Source of the DNA: Lama glama
Taxonomy: Eukaryota
Reading direction: 5' to 3'
Assembly: GCA_028534125.1 (NCBI GenBank)
Contig: CM052819.1
Location: forward strand, 94,550,001 to 94,614,000
Length of the DNA: 64,000 bases
Shown here: one piece after another, positions 11,300-23,085 of the stretch
Position numbering within the stretch: position 1 is the first letter of the stretch
How the letters are laid out: every line of letters begins with the position of its first letter
The notes under the pieces: model-generated
The model's database searches: none
What the model was told of the DNA's origin: nothing
Seen by the model: the letters and a program-made list of their open reading frames with translations, nothing else
Translations under genes and position numbers: made by a program

Positions 11300-12865
11300 A
11301 CATTTCCTGGGTTCCACTCCTCTCTCCATCTATTACCCCACTCCTCCGCTTATCCTTCTAGTAAAAATCTTCAAAAGAAATGAGCAATATTTGACTTTCT
11401 CCATTTCTGTTTTCCTTAGGGTTTCCGTTAAGACTTTCATTCCCACTATGCTATGGAAAATGCTATTGTTGTTGAAAACTTCCATTCTACTAAAAATGCT
11501 CATAATTTCCATTTCCTTCTCCTAGCCAATAGGATTTGATAGCATTTATCACTTCCTTCTTGAAAACTTTTTACATTTGGCTTTCAAAAGATCTCAGCCT
11601 CCTGGTTTTTCTTCTGTCACTTGTTTCTCTTTCCCAGGCTCTTCTGTGAGATTCTTTTTCCTGAACCCTAAGAGATGACGTTCCTTCATGCACAGAATTT
11701 TTATTCTCCAGCTAAAAGCTCTCCCTAACTAATCTCATACAGTTTCATGGCTTTACAGATTTCCAAATTTCTCTTTCCACTTAACAATCTCAAGACTTAC
11801 ATATTCATTTGTATATTTCAGAGGTGCACTTATCCATCTATTTGATGTTTCAAACCTAACATAATTAAATGATAACACTTCTTTCCCTTCCCAAACCTGC
11901 TGGTCCTCATTCTTTCTCATTTAAATGAAAAGTTTATACTTTATGATAATAATTTCTTAGATTAATAAAGAGACTTCAATTTACTTTTAGAAAAGTAAAT
12001 AAAATAAAATAAAATAAAATAAAATAAAAAGTTACACTATTCATTGAATTATTTAAGCTACAAAATTATGCTCAGTTGTTCCATATCTCTTCACATCTGA
12101 TCCATCAGTATGTTTTATTTGAACTACCTTCAAAATACCTCAAACTTTCTCAATTCTCATCACTTTCTCAGTTATCTCCTTAGTCCTAGCAAACAACATT
12201 TTTAACATGGATTTCTCCAACAGCTTCCAAAATGACTTGCATGATTTGACTCTTACCCTTTTACAAGTTTATGGTCAGCACAGCCTGTGAAATATTGTTC
12301 TAAAAGTGTAATTCTGATCACATAACTCCAAAGTTCAAAACGTTGCAGTGACTTCGAATTAAATTTTGAATAAACTCCAAATTCCTTAGTGTGGTCTCAA
12401 GGCCTAGTGTGATTCGGCCATCTTCTATCCTCAGAATTAATTTCTTATCATGCTCCTTTGATCACACAATCTCAGTCATGATGGCTTTCCTGAGATGTTC
12501 TCACATGGCAACATTTCTGCCTCAGGAACTTTGCAAGTGCTGCTCCCTCCACCTGAGGTGCCCTTCACCTGGCAGTCTCCATGATTACTTCCTTTCCACT
12601 CTCTGTCTCAGTTTAAATACTGTCTACTCCCTGGCCTAGATTTCCACAGCAGCCTTCTTCTTCTAGCCACCTGCTATCTTATCACTCTCTTTTACTGCCT
12701 TCATCATTCTCATTATTTTCCATATTTATCTTATTTATTTGTTTAACTTCTTATTTCCTGTCTGTAAAATCTGACAGGTTGAGGACTTATCTTTTTACCA
12801 GAGCTTCCCAATTGGATACAAAGTAAATGCTCAGAAATATTGATTGGAAGATGGATGGACAAGAG
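11300..12865 (+). mobile_element. LINE-2 (L2) 3' portion
   Basis: L2-like motifs 'atttgatagcatttatcacttccttcttgaaaac', 'ctgatcacataactcc', 'cctcaggaactttgcaagtgctgctccctc'; ends 'aaatgctcagaaatattgattggaagatggatgg'. Confidence 0.8.
11996..12030. repeat. (TAAAA)n tract, probably a decayed poly(A) tail
   Basis: taaataaaataaaataaaataaaataaaataaaaa. Confidence 0.9.
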
Positions 12866-14649
12866 GAAATAGATGGAAGGAAGAAAGGAGGGAAAGGAAA
12901 AATTAGTTTGAGTATTTCCAGGGGTGATATACAATATTTTTAAAAACTGGAATTTTGAAAGATCCACAGTCACTTGGAATTTCTAATGTAAATAAACTTC
13001 ACCATCATGCTGGATAGGTGAAAAATATCAAGGTTGAAAATGATACTTTTTTGCGACTAATAAAGTTTTTGAAGGAATTTCTTCAGAATCATTATAAACT
13101 GAAATTCATTTTAGAAATAATTTCATATGGGAAAGTGTTTTTGGAATAAGTGCAGATATAAAGATATATGTAGATATAAAATATAATGGAATAAAAGTAA
13201 TTTGACTTATATCACTTATGTTCTTAAATTCCCTCAGCATTTACAACACTATCAGATGCATGAAACTCTTCACCTGGAGTATAAAGTTGTTGATGGTCTG
13301 TCCCTAGCTTACCTCTTCCTGCTTTAAGTATACATATTTTGCATTTTATGACCTAATCATGGAAAATTAGGTCCCCTTCTACCTGCCACTTTCCTCCTCC
13401 CAACCCACAAATGCTTTATCAAAGCTTATATCTAACCTCAAAACTCAGTATCACTTCTCTACTGTAACTTCTACCAGCCATCATCTGTGCTGTCCCTTCC
13501 AGCCAAGTTACATTAGGTTTACTTACCAACTGGCTCAAGGAGTGCTGGGAAGAGAACCCGCAGCCTGGAGATTTCCCTTCTCCTCTCCCTTCCCCTTTCT
13601 CAGCCCCTCCTTCTGCAGAGTAGAGATGCTGATATGATTGTTCAGACTTCTGGACCTGAACATGAGGCCAGAATCTATTCCAGACAAGCCAGCAACTCCT
13701 TCCCAAGAAAGCCATCTCCTCGTATCTCACTTTCCAAGTTCCATGCTCCTTTCATGGGAGATTGCAAACGGTAGCATTGTGACTATGAACAGGGAAGAAA
13801 GAGGCACTACTAGGTTCTTAGGACCAAGTCATGTACAGCTATCCAGTTTCTAGAGTTGTTTTACATGGGATGTTTTTGTGACTCAATTAACATGCCATCA
13901 TTGGCTAATGTTCCCATGAATGTACATCCTTAAGTGTTCAGGGAAGGAGAGAGTGGAGGCATTTTGGAGAATTGCCTAGGTCTTCTAGGCTAATACCACT
14001 TACAACTGTTTACTGCATTGCATCAGTACTCCAGTGAGGGTCATAATTTTATTATATTATTTGAAAGAATTTATAAACTATAATTCTAATTCCAAGGTCC
14101 AGCACTGAACCTGCTTTTCAGGTGCTCAATAATGGTTGGTTGACTGAAAGATTAATTGAATGGCTAAATGACAGTATTCTATGAATGTAGAGGTTTTTAC
14201 ATAGTGCCACTATTTCTTATCTTTTTTTTTTTCTGACGACTTCCTCTTTAGTTAGAATCTGTTCAGGAAAATTTTCTTTTTAGACTTTAAAGTTATGTTA
14301 GAATAAACAGTTACTCTTACAGCAAAGGCAACCATGAGTTCAAGGAAAGTAATCTAGGTTCTATACTTGCCAACATTTCATAATTTTAAACATGCAAAAT
14401 ATTATTTTAAAATAAATGACCCCAAAGTCAAGATGAATAAATTAGAAGCATTGAAAGTGCTTGTAATTCTGATAATGATCTAAGGAAGTTGTACCTTATT
14501 TATCTTTGTTTATAATTTGAATTATGATGTTTAAATATGTTAGAAGCTGTTGAAATTGTTTGCAAGTTACATGTCTTTTGCTTGGTTAAGGAGGTTTTAT
14601 ACTTTTATTAAACTTTAAAACTGAGGATAAAATTGTGTCATTTGATTTA

Positions 14650-14805
14650 GGATAGATAAATCCCAGCTCTCTGTCAAATTTTCTCATGTGAATAATGGAC
14701 TAGAGATACCATTTACTTCATATAGTGATTCCAATAATTAAGTTATATTATTCATTTAAAGAACTGAGCATAGTTCTCTAAATATAGTAAATATTTAATG
14801 TGTAT
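14650..14805 (+). mobile_element. MIR SINE
   Basis: 'tcaaattttctcatgtgaataatggactagagatacc...aaagaactgagcatagttctc...atagtaaatatttaat'. Confidence 0.6.
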
Positions 14806-16199
14806 CCTTGTACAATTATGAAGCTGGTAAATTAGTGATTTGGTGATTAAATAGCAAAAGCAGTAAACATTTTTAAATGAGACTGCAAATATAGATTTTC
14901 TAAGTTTTATCATAATCATATAAATTCAATAAATGAATTGAGACCAAAATGCTTAAGGGAAAAAGGTCTAATGAGAATCTGAATTCTAGCTCTATCTTCT
15001 GAAATGCAAAGTAGACACAGAGGTACAGCAGCTCTGAGTCTTTCTTCTGGGTCCTTTTCCATTTGACCCTTAGAAATGCATCTTAATGTTTAAAAGATGG
15101 ACTCAGCAAAGGAATCCCTAATTCATTTTAAATAAATGCAATTTACAAATAAAACTTAAAATACCATACCTGTTTCATATACATCACTTAAAAGTGATAT
15201 TAGTATACCTTAGTTCCCTTTATAGAGAACATCTGAATGAGATAAAGAATATAGAATAATGATAAATATTGCCCACCCTAGCCCACTTCTTCTGACAGCA
15301 ATGGCCTCTTATGAGATAAGGTCAATAGATTGATTTAAAATGATTACATAAATATCTTAGATAAGGTTTTTTTTTTAAACCTTCACCTAGTCTACGCCTG
15401 ACTGTGGTGGCTGTAAGTGGCATTTCCATAGAGCATATCCAACTGCCAGTCCTTCCATATATGGCAGAGTGGCCCTCTGCAGGTACACCTCCCCTTTTAT
15501 GCTTTCTTGCTATATAATTCTCCTAAAAACCCACGCTCTGTCTAGTTATTTGTCTTCTACTTGGTGGCGATATCCCTTAAGGATAGCCTAGGGTTGTCTA
15601 TAGTCCTGTTGTCAACTTTCCTTCAATTTCCTTTGTTGATTTTGGCTGTCAGTTGCCCTCCTCAAGCACAGTTAATACTTTGAAATAGTCTCTTATTTTC
15701 ACATCAGTCAGGAATCTAAGGTTGACTGGCCTTTTTTATAGCCTGAACGGTAACTTTAACTCAAGCTCAAAATCTTAGGTGCAAAGCCTCAACATGAAGC
15801 ACGTGATGGCAGGGCTCCGTTGTACTAAATTCTAATACATAAGAAAGTAACAGCTTCTAATACTTAATGCAAAACACTTCAGAACTTCCACCCCGCTAAT
15901 CTCCGGAAACATAATTACTTTTCCCATAACCTCAAGTCCAAGGACTCTGGGGATGCTTATTCATTCCAAGAATCAGTGCTAGTCACCACTGTGTCACAGA
16001 CGAGATCGGAAAGTCTGCTAAGCCTGTTCAAGAGCCTTGTTCTTTGTTCACACGAGTCACAGAAGCAAAGTCACAGAGTTCCTGCTGAAACCCAGAAATA
16101 CAGCAGTTGTGTGCTACACCTGATGCTCCTGCTGTGTGTCCTGAAGGTATATATCCATCTTAGATGAATTATTTTCTATTTGTTTAATCTTAAAGTTAT

Positions 16200-16740
16200 A
16201 CTCTTGCCATATAGTCTAAGATTACATAAATTCAAGTCCACATTTCTAGCAACAGGATGGACAAAATAAGAAAAAAAAAGAACAAAATCCTCCTCCCTTG
16301 AAGGATACGGTGCTCAAGTTGCACGTATCAATTCTGATTACATTCAATTGCCCGTAACTTAATTGCAAGGGAACTCAGGAAATTTTGGCCTTTATTCTGT
16401 GTGGTCAAGGGACAAGCTAAGAATAAATAATTTATTGCTATCAGAGGAAAGAAAATAGCCATTGGAGGTAACTATTTCTGCCATCATCCCTTTTGGCTAC
16501 CCTATAAACTCATCATACTTTTCTTTTCAATTATAGAATAAGCACTCCATCCTCCATGGGAGATCACTTATACGTTCTCCACACCTACTCAACCAGAGTG
16601 AAGCCCAGCATTTCACAGTGATGTCAGACAGAATCAGCGCTGGCTTGGTTGTGCATGGCCAGCAGCCTGGAACCTAAAACACAACCTACTTCCAACTCCC
16701 CTCTTCTGACCCAAAGCCAATACACAAAGCAAAAGTAATA
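16200..16740 (-). mobile_element. Old MaLR (MLT1J-like) LTR fragment with adjoining internal-like sequence
   Basis: 'ttctgattacattcaattgcccgtaacttaattgcaagggaactcaggaaattttggcctttattctg...aaatagccattggagg...tctgcca'. Confidence 0.5.
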
Positions 16741-16744
16741 CCTG

Positions 16745-16983
16745 GCAGGGAAGGTGTGGGGGGATAAATTAGGAGTTTGGGATTAGCACATGTAAACTAT
16801 TATATATAAAGCAGATACACAACAAGGTCTTGCTGCATAGCTCAAGGAATTATATTCAATACCTTGTAATAACCTATAATGAAAAAGAATATATATATAT
16901 ATATGCATATGTATAACTGAATCACTATGCTGCACACCAGAAACTAACACAACATTGTAAATCAAATACTCTTCAACAAAAAA
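16745..16983 (+). mobile_element. 5'-truncated cetartiodactyl-type L1 3'UTR
   Basis: 'gggataaattaggagtttgggattagc...aacaaggtc...tattcaataccttgtaataacctataatg...acaccagaaactaacacaacattgtaaatcaa' plus an A tail; weak TSD aaaagtaatacctgg / aaaactagcacctag. Confidence 0.92.
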
Positions 16984-17144
16984 CTAGCACCTAGATACCC
17001 AAAATTAACCTTCTGTTTGGAAAAGGGTAGAGTTCAAACACAGGATGTTCACTAATCCATGGTCATTATCAAATACATTTGGGCACGAGTTGAGGCTGTT
17101 CCTGACCTGGTAGCAAAGTGAGCTGTTTGCTCAAACTGAGGTTC

Positions 17145-17500
17145 TGTTATGGGTGAATTTGTTTCTCCTTAAGAAAAGGTATGTTGAAGCCCTAATCTCC
17201 AGTACTTCAGATGTGACCTCATTTGGACACAGGGTCATCACAAATATAAGTCAAGATGAGGCCATATTGGAGTAGACTGTGCCCGTAATCCAACGTGACT
17301 GGTGTCTTTATAAGGACAGGAAAGAGATACAACATAGATACAAGGAGAACGTGATGTGAAGATGGATGATTGGAGTGATGTCCCTACTGTAGCCCAGCTC
17401 TCAGCGCAAAGGGCACTACCCAGAAACTGCAGATAGCGTCTTCCCTCTCTGCCTTCTCAGCTGCAGATGGAATGCCTTACATCCTTCTCCAACCAGAACT
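17145..17500 (+). mobile_element. MaLR solo LTR (MLT1B/C-like)
   Basis: 'tgttatgggtgaatttgt...tatgttgaagccctaatctccagtacttcagatgtgacctcatttgga...taatccaacgtgactggtgtctttataag'. Confidence 0.85.
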
Positions 17501-18149
17501 TTTTAAATCAGCAATAACTCACTAAATGCCTGAGGGTAAAACAGGGCTAATAATATTGAGGACAAAGTCTAAACTTTGAAAGCAGTGGCTTCCAGAGCTT
17601 AAGCACTGGAACATGCTTCTGTGTGTGAGTGAGTCAGAGGCAAGCGATGAAAGCCACGGGCATTTGAAAGTAACCACAGGGGGCTGCATGTTCTGCGCCT
17701 GGAGGTTGTGCCTATTTATTTCTGAGGATGGCCTGGCTAATCCCAGGGGGAGATGGCCTATTAAAATTTGAGCAGAAACCCAAGGATAAGTCTGCACAAC
17801 CTTTTACCATTAGGAAAAACTACATGGACAACTGTGAGCGGTAAACAGCAGCGTATTTGGTATGCACTTCACTGTCCTCAACCTTTTTATTTCAAGCTCT
17901 TTTAAATATTTTAAAAATTATTATTTGTATAGAGTTTTAGTATCTAAATGTATTATTCCTATTTGCTAATTTTGCCATTACTAAGTCTTCCTTCCCTGCA
18001 GCTCCAGGCTCCCGTCACACCAGGGACTGACTGTGTTCCCACCCTTCACCCCAGGAGTGAAGGTCAGAGAATGACAAGGGGTAATAGCTGATTTACAGGA
18101 ATCACTTAGCCACTTCCTATGTCACCATTCAATCAGCAAGACACAGCAG

Positions 18150-18300
18150 CTTTAACGTCATCATTTGTGCCTTGACCCGGTGACTGCCCATTAAGCAGAG
18201 GAAGGGCAAAGCCTATCAGTAGCTTAGCAACCAGCCCATTTTCCTTTCCACTGGAGGTGAGCAGCTTTTCCGGAACAATTCCGGCCCAATTGACGTCCAT
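18150..18300. promoter_or_regulatory. Candidate promoter/enhancer motif cluster (X-box, CRE, CCAAT, ETS)
   Basis: gtagcttagcaac 18219-18231; ttccggaa 18268-18275; ccaat+tgacgtc 18286-18297; second CRE half-site (acgtca) 18155-18160; locally retained CpGs in sequence I do not recognise as repeat. Confidence 0.35.
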
Positions 18301-20382
18301 CTGACTGAGCAGTTTCCTTCCTCCACTGAAATAGGAAGATCCTACAATTATGCACTTACCCCTGATCTGGATGTCAGGGTTTAGACTCATTAAAGGAAAT
18401 CTTATCCAATTGGATGAATTTCGAGAATACAATACAATTCCTGAATTAGAAGACCTATAAAATGCTGTTTCATTTGTTCACTGTCTTCTCTTCTCCCTAT
18501 TCCTATGGTCCACTCACCTTTTTTCTCCAGGCTGGCTCTTCCCTAAACTTTCTGGTAGGAGCGAGGCAGACAGATGAAAGAGAAGCAATAAAAATGCATG
18601 GATTTAAATCTCACAGAACTGGGTATTTTGCCCTTCAGAGCAGTTAGCTATCTGGAGGGACAGTCTTTTCTACGAGGCACACAGATTAAGAGAATTTCAA
18701 GGCAACATTTGAGGGTAAATGAACTGTTCCAAATGGGCTATTGTCATCTGTAGACATTGCCCTAGAAAATGTTTGAAATAACATACATTTCAAAGCAGAT
18801 TTAAAACAAGTTAAAGCAAATATACTGAACTAATTTTTGCTTTGATGAAGAGATACATTTTTTGAGAAGTATGAATGTAATTTTGTTTTGGAAACTGTTG
18901 TATTATATCTGAGATCATTTTTTTTCTCATGGGTAGTAAAATGCTGTTCTCTGAAACCAAAGGAAAATATGTTTCTTATTAGCTAGTAGACTTCAAAAGT
19001 AACAAAATTTATTATAAGATTATGTTATTTTAAATATATTCTAAATTTTGGCAAAAATAAAAAATGATTTTTTCTAATAGTTGATAAAAAACGAATTTAT
19101 CTGTTGAGTGGTGATTTGCATGCATACAAATGGAGTTTCACTTGATTAAATTTTTACACTGTAATGTTGCCAAAATTTTCTAAAACTTCTAACCGTTCCA
19201 GGTTCTAACTCTAGGAACTAGGCAGTAGCCTCTTTGCCTACAAATAAGATATTTAGAACATATAACCGTTAGTTAACTATTGCTTGTGAATTATGGTGGA
19301 TTTTTAATGGTGGACTCTTACAAGTAAATTAATGGGAAAATATTTTTATCAAAAATAAAATTCTTTAATATGGATGTTTTGCCCTTCATTCCTAGAGGGA
19401 CATTTTCTTAGTTTACACAGTTTGTCTCCCACAGAGAACGTACAGTGTGCAGTACATGGTCAGATTGTTTAATCTCATTTCCTGCTTCCCTGGTTTATGT
19501 CAAGACCTCAAAGAATAGGAGAAGGAGATGAGGAAAGCGAAACAGGAAATGAGGTAAAAGATGATCATAACTAGGCAACAGGGCCTCAATCCATTGGCAC
19601 CTTAAAATTGTTTGACCGTGGGAAGGAAGAGAAGTGTTACCCACTGACTTCCATCCCCCATTGGTCAAGGAAAGACCCAAAGAGTCTTAACCTCCTCAAC
19701 TTTCTAGGTTTGCTTAAGCACCTGGGCCAAACAGATTCTCCTCACTCCATCAGAGAAGATCGTGGCAAAGAAACTAAGAGACTCTTGGAAGGGCTGAAGC
19801 AAGAAGCTTTCGGGTGCACTTCTGTGAAGCTAATTCCTGTAGCTGGAGTAAAGGTGAATTAAAAAGCCTTTATAGTAAACACAAGAGATGTCCTATTCCA
19901 TCTATCACTTTTCTTCTCAAGTCCAGCCGGTGAGTTCCACTATGTCAAATCCATCCCACAGCCCTGAAGGAAGAGGCCAGCCACAGTCCACTCTAAAGCC
20001 TTAACACTGAACTTGACTTTCGAGTTGGCAAAAGGAGGTCTGCTTAGACCTTAGTTGCTTTGTACTTGCTGAAGTGTGCTTGCACCAATTTTACATTACA
20101 ATTAGCACTGGAAATGAAAGCACCATGAAACACTCTAGTGAATACCTCAGATTCAAAAAATAGTCCTTCCTGCCCTCATTCGTAACAGTAACCCTAGATC
20201 CTTTTGGTATTCATGCTGCATTACCTCCCCACCCCCAACACCCCGTGATGTCACACCTCTTCCATTGGTCCACTTATTCACAGGAATGGAAGCACAGAGT
20301 GGCCAGGTTCTACCTTCTTGATCAGTGGATCTCCTTTTGTATAGGACCTGTTCTCCTCCACAGGGCAAACTGATCTGCTTCA

Positions 20383-20832
20383 TGTGATAGTGGGGCTAGG
20401 CTGCAGTTCCCAGCTACTCAAAAACTCATCTACATGTTTTTGTGAAGGTATTTCATAGATATGATTCAAGTCCGTCGAGGGGTGATTTTTACGTAAGAGA
20501 GATTATCCTAGATAATCTGGGTAGGTCTGTTTAGGTCACCTGAAAAGTCTTAAGAGCAGAGATGAGGCTTCCCTAAGGAAGAAAGAATTGCCTGTGAACA
20601 GTACCTGTAGACGGTGCCCCAGAGTTCTAGCCTGCCTTTCCTGATAGTCTGCCCTTCAGATTCCTGACTTTCAGATTTGCTTAGCCAGCCCTCACAATCA
20701 CACAAGTGATTCATTGCAAAAACACATCTTCGTTCTCCCTTTGTCCCTCCCTCCCTTCTTCTCTCTATCTCACATATAGACACAGGTTTTGTTTCTCTGC
20801 TGATTCTGTTTCTCTGGTTGAATCCTGACTGA
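20383..20832 (+). mobile_element. ERVL solo LTR (MLT2D-like)
   Basis: 'tgtgaaggtatttcatagatatgatt...gagattatcctagataatctgggtagg...ttaagagcagagatgaggcttccct...gattctgtttctctggttgaatcctgactga'. Confidence 0.85.
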
Positions 20833-21569
20833 GTCAGGCTCCATCTCTTCCTGTCTCTGAACTCCCTCTTGCTTAGTCCACTGTTTTAAAGAATTAATCT
20901 TAGGCAAGTCCGTGATTTGCCACAGTTTATATTTGGAGGCCTTTCACATGCTCTACCAACGTCATCAACTTATATTCCTTTCTATTCCACTCATTTTGAC
21001 CTATAATGTAACAAGTTCCCTTAAATTCTTGCTGAGATATTAGGTGAACAGGTAACAGACACATTGTTGACTAAAAGAACTTTGAGTAACTAAAAAACAT
21101 TAACTAAACAAGTGTCAAGTTTCTAAGAAATGAAATTAAAATGATAGGATGACAGGTGACAGGTTTGATATTTTCATGTTAGCCATTTCTTTGGCACAGA
21201 TGCAGTAAGGAATTAATTAAATATCCCTTTGGAACCAAAGCCACTTTGGTGAGTAATGGCACTTCAAACAAAAAATTGAGCATTTTCTTATTGAAACGTC
21301 CCACGGGTTAAATGTTCTCTGTTGAAATACAATCAGCTACTATGAAAGCCTAACTATTTCTCTCCCAAGACCCATAATTAAATAATAGGTCTCAAGCAAA
21401 TGGTATTGATGTAATAAAATATATATTTATAAATTCTATGGGCATTTAATGTCACTGGTGATAGAAGAGGGAGTAGTTTAAATTTAGCTAATTGATTTAA
21501 CATGATCAAGCTATTTATAACTGAAAATTAATGCAAATGAATGTGTTTTATTAAATTCTAGTGCTGTAG

Positions 21570-21680
21570 TTTAATATATATTATATTATTTATATGATTT
21601 ACAATTATTTTAAGTATGTATACCTATATCCTGTGTATGTGTGTGTGTGTGTATGTGTATGTATATAATATATATGTATA
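21570..21680. repeat. (TA)n/(TG)n compound microsatellite
   Basis: tgtgtatgtgtgtgtgtgtgtatgtgtatgtatataatatatatgtata. Confidence 0.8.
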
Positions 21681-21726
21681 AACTCCCATGAAATTGAATT
21701 AATCTCAAAGAACTGAGACAATACCT

Positions 21727-22100
21727 GTATTTGTCAGTATGAGCGCCTTTAACAATAGTGGCTTAATCCATATAATGTTGATTTTAATCAAGCAGAAGCT
21801 GTTTCACTCACACTACATATACCACGTGTGTTAGCAGATCACTTTGTCCACAAAGGGCCCTGCTTAATGGAGGCTCCCCCGTCTTGAACACATGGCATCA
21901 CTATAATTTACCATCTTTAGCTCATCATCTCATAGCTATACCATTTTCAAAGCACGGTCTTGCTATAACCTCAATAAGATAAAAAGGTGGAGAACTGCAT
22001 TTACTTTTTACTACCTCACCTCCAATACACCACTTTTCACTCTTTGTTACATTTCATTGGCTGGAGATAATCACATGACTCAATTCAAGGAGTGCTTGTT
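21727..22100 (-). mobile_element. Old MaLR LTR (MLT1K/L-like)
   Basis: 'aatagtggcttaa', 'tttcactcacactacat', 'acatttcattggctggagataatcacatgac'. Confidence 0.5.
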
Positions 22101-22129
22101 GAGTATCACTTTCTTTGCTATAGGCCACT

Positions 22130-23085
22130 TTTTTTTTTTTCAGAATAATTTTAGATTCACAGCAAAATTGAGAAGAAGGTGTGGAGATTTCTCATGTACT
22201 CTCTTTCCCCACACATGCAAGGCCCCCACACCCTCAACCTCTCACACCAGAATGATCCATTTATTAAAGCTGATGGTTTACATGAACGTATTATAATCAT
22301 CCAAAGTCAGTAGTTTACATTAGGGTTCATTCTTGGCATTGTATATTGTATGGGTTTTGCAAATGTATAACAATATATGCCCATAAATATAATATCAGAG
22401 CCGAATTCTCATGGCCTTAAAACTTCTTTGAGCTCTGCCAATGCATGCATCTCCCCATTCAGTCTCTGGCAGCCTCTGACATTTTTACTGTCTCCATAGT
22501 TTTGACATTTCTAGAATGTCATTTAGGTGAAATCTGAGAGTATATAGCCTTCTCAAATTGGCAGTAATATGCATTGAAACTTCCTCCATGTCTTTTCATG
22601 GCTTGCTAGCTCAGTCCTACTTTTAGTACTAAATAATGCGACATAATCTGGANNNNNNNNNNNNNNNNNNNNNNNNNNNNNNNNNNNNNNNNNNNNNNNN
22701 NNNNNNNNNNNNNNNNNNNNNNNNNNNNNNNNNNNNNNNNNNNNNNNNNNNNNNNNNNNNNNNNNNNNNNNNNNNNNNNNNNNNNNNNNNNNNNNNNNNN
22801 NNNNNNNNNNNNNNNNNNNNNNNNNNNNNNNNNNNNNNNNNNCATACAGCTCTCAAGCTGTCTTGCAAAGTGGCTGCTCCATTTTGCATTCCTACCAGCA
22901 ATGGATAAGCGTTTCTTTTGATCCACATTCTTTCTTTATCAGTGTTCTGTATTTTGGCCATTCTAATAGGTGTAAATTGGTATTTCTTTGTTGTTTTAAT
23001 GTGCACTTCCCTGATAGCATATGCTGTGGAGCTTCTTTTTAGATGTTTAGTTGCTGTCTGTATATCTTCTCCTGTGAAATGTCTG
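22130..23085 (-). mobile_element. L1MC1-like 3' end (ORF2 C-terminus plus 3'UTR), antisense, with N-run 22653-22842
   Basis: Minus ORF 'RHFTGEDIQTATKHLKRSSTAYAIREVHIKTTKKYQFTPIRMAKIQNTD' is L1 ORF2; 3'UTR motif 'atcatccaaagtcagtagtttacattagggttcattcttgg'. Confidence 0.92.
22653..22842. other. Undetermined bases (190 N)
   Basis: N-run seen directly. Confidence 1.
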
